Source: Antedon mediterranea (taxonomy: Eukaryota; Animalia; Echinodermata). From it: a DNA stretch of 64,000 nucleotides. Position 1 is the first letter of the stretch. Each line of letters opens with the position of its first letter. The DNA lies in NCBI RefSeq assembly GCF_964355755.1, contig NC_092674.1, positions 28,706,001 to 28,770,000 of the forward strand. The letters run 5' to 3'. Positions 63,507-64,000 of this stretch are shown here, piece by piece. Both the position numbers and the translations under genes were made by a program. The notes beneath the pieces are model-generated. The model ran no database searches, had not been told where the DNA came from, and saw only the letters and a program-made list of their open reading frames with translations.

Positions 63507-63851
63507 ATGGAAAACGATGAAATTAAAGATGCCACTACAAAACGGATAAGAAAGTTTCAGGAAATCAGAGGTTTGTTTTTTGGTGGAACATGTCGTTTTA
63601 ATGTAAATCACTACTAATGTCTTAAATGAATAGATCTGCAAGTTCGCTATATAATCCATACCTTCAAAATGATTAAATTGCAGGGAAAGATATTGGCAAT
63701 GTTCAGTTTTGGGATATTGTTGTAATAACTGCAAGAGATGAGAATCAAAGAAGAGCTTACGATCTCCAGCTAAAGGAAAAACTGGAGAATAAACAGCTCC
63801 CTCTTGGGGTGAAATATCTTTCTATTGCAGATCCACCTGAAGCAAAAGTTG
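63507..63851 (+). CDS. FPGT: Fucose-1-phosphate guanylyltransferase, 5' part (gene continues beyond the window)
   Basis: Exons 63507-63570 (MENDEIKDATTKRIRKFQEIRG) and 63684-63851 (KDIGNVQFWDIVVITARDENQRRAYDLQLKEKLENKQLPLGVKYLSIADPPEAKV), matching the remembered FPGT N-terminus FWDIVAITAADEKQ..LPLGVQY..DP.GAKIG. Confidence 0.9.
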
Positions 63852-64000
63852 GTAAGTTTACTGAAATTAAAAATACTGTATAAACATATAAATAATTATT
63901 TAGATTTTAAAATGTTTTATTTTAAAATATTGTATTTCAAATTCAAACTATAGCTATTTTTGTAATTTATGTAAATTAAAAACAAGCTAAACTAAAAACC

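Noticed and set aside
63357-63734. 125-aa minus-strand ORF
   Set aside because: It is antisense to the FPGT exons and intron and has low-complexity, intron-like composition

Overview
AT-rich, intron-containing metazoan (invertebrate-type) genomic DNA; GT-AG exon chains were assembled by hand and checked for frame. Left to right: an orphan 157-aa charged/coiled-coil gene (-); a ~10 kb repeat-rich stretch with no gene I can support; VPS37A (-) head-to-head with a CNOT7/CNOT8 (CAF1) deadenylase (+); a stand-alone Maf/ASMTL-N-type nucleotide pyrophosphatase (-); two tandem FAXDC2 paralogs (-); a Ptc2/T23F11.1-type PP2C phosphatase (+) with a U12-type intron; and the first two coding exons of FPGT (+). 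The window is dense in MITEs (Harbinger-, Kolobok-, hAT- and Tc1/pogo-like) and tRNA-derived SINEs. The most unusual object is a 3.84-kb Academ-like foldback element in a Maf intron. It is built from two inverted 3' halves of the transposon (arms of ~1.7 kb, each with decayed transposase sequence) and has a clean 3-bp TSD. Host transcription would turn it into a long hairpin RNA, resembling maize Mu killer. Also notable is the VPS37A-CNOT7/8-FAXDC2 linkage, which in human is split between the CNOT7 and CNOT8 loci. Gene identities rest on remembered family motifs; no database searches were run.
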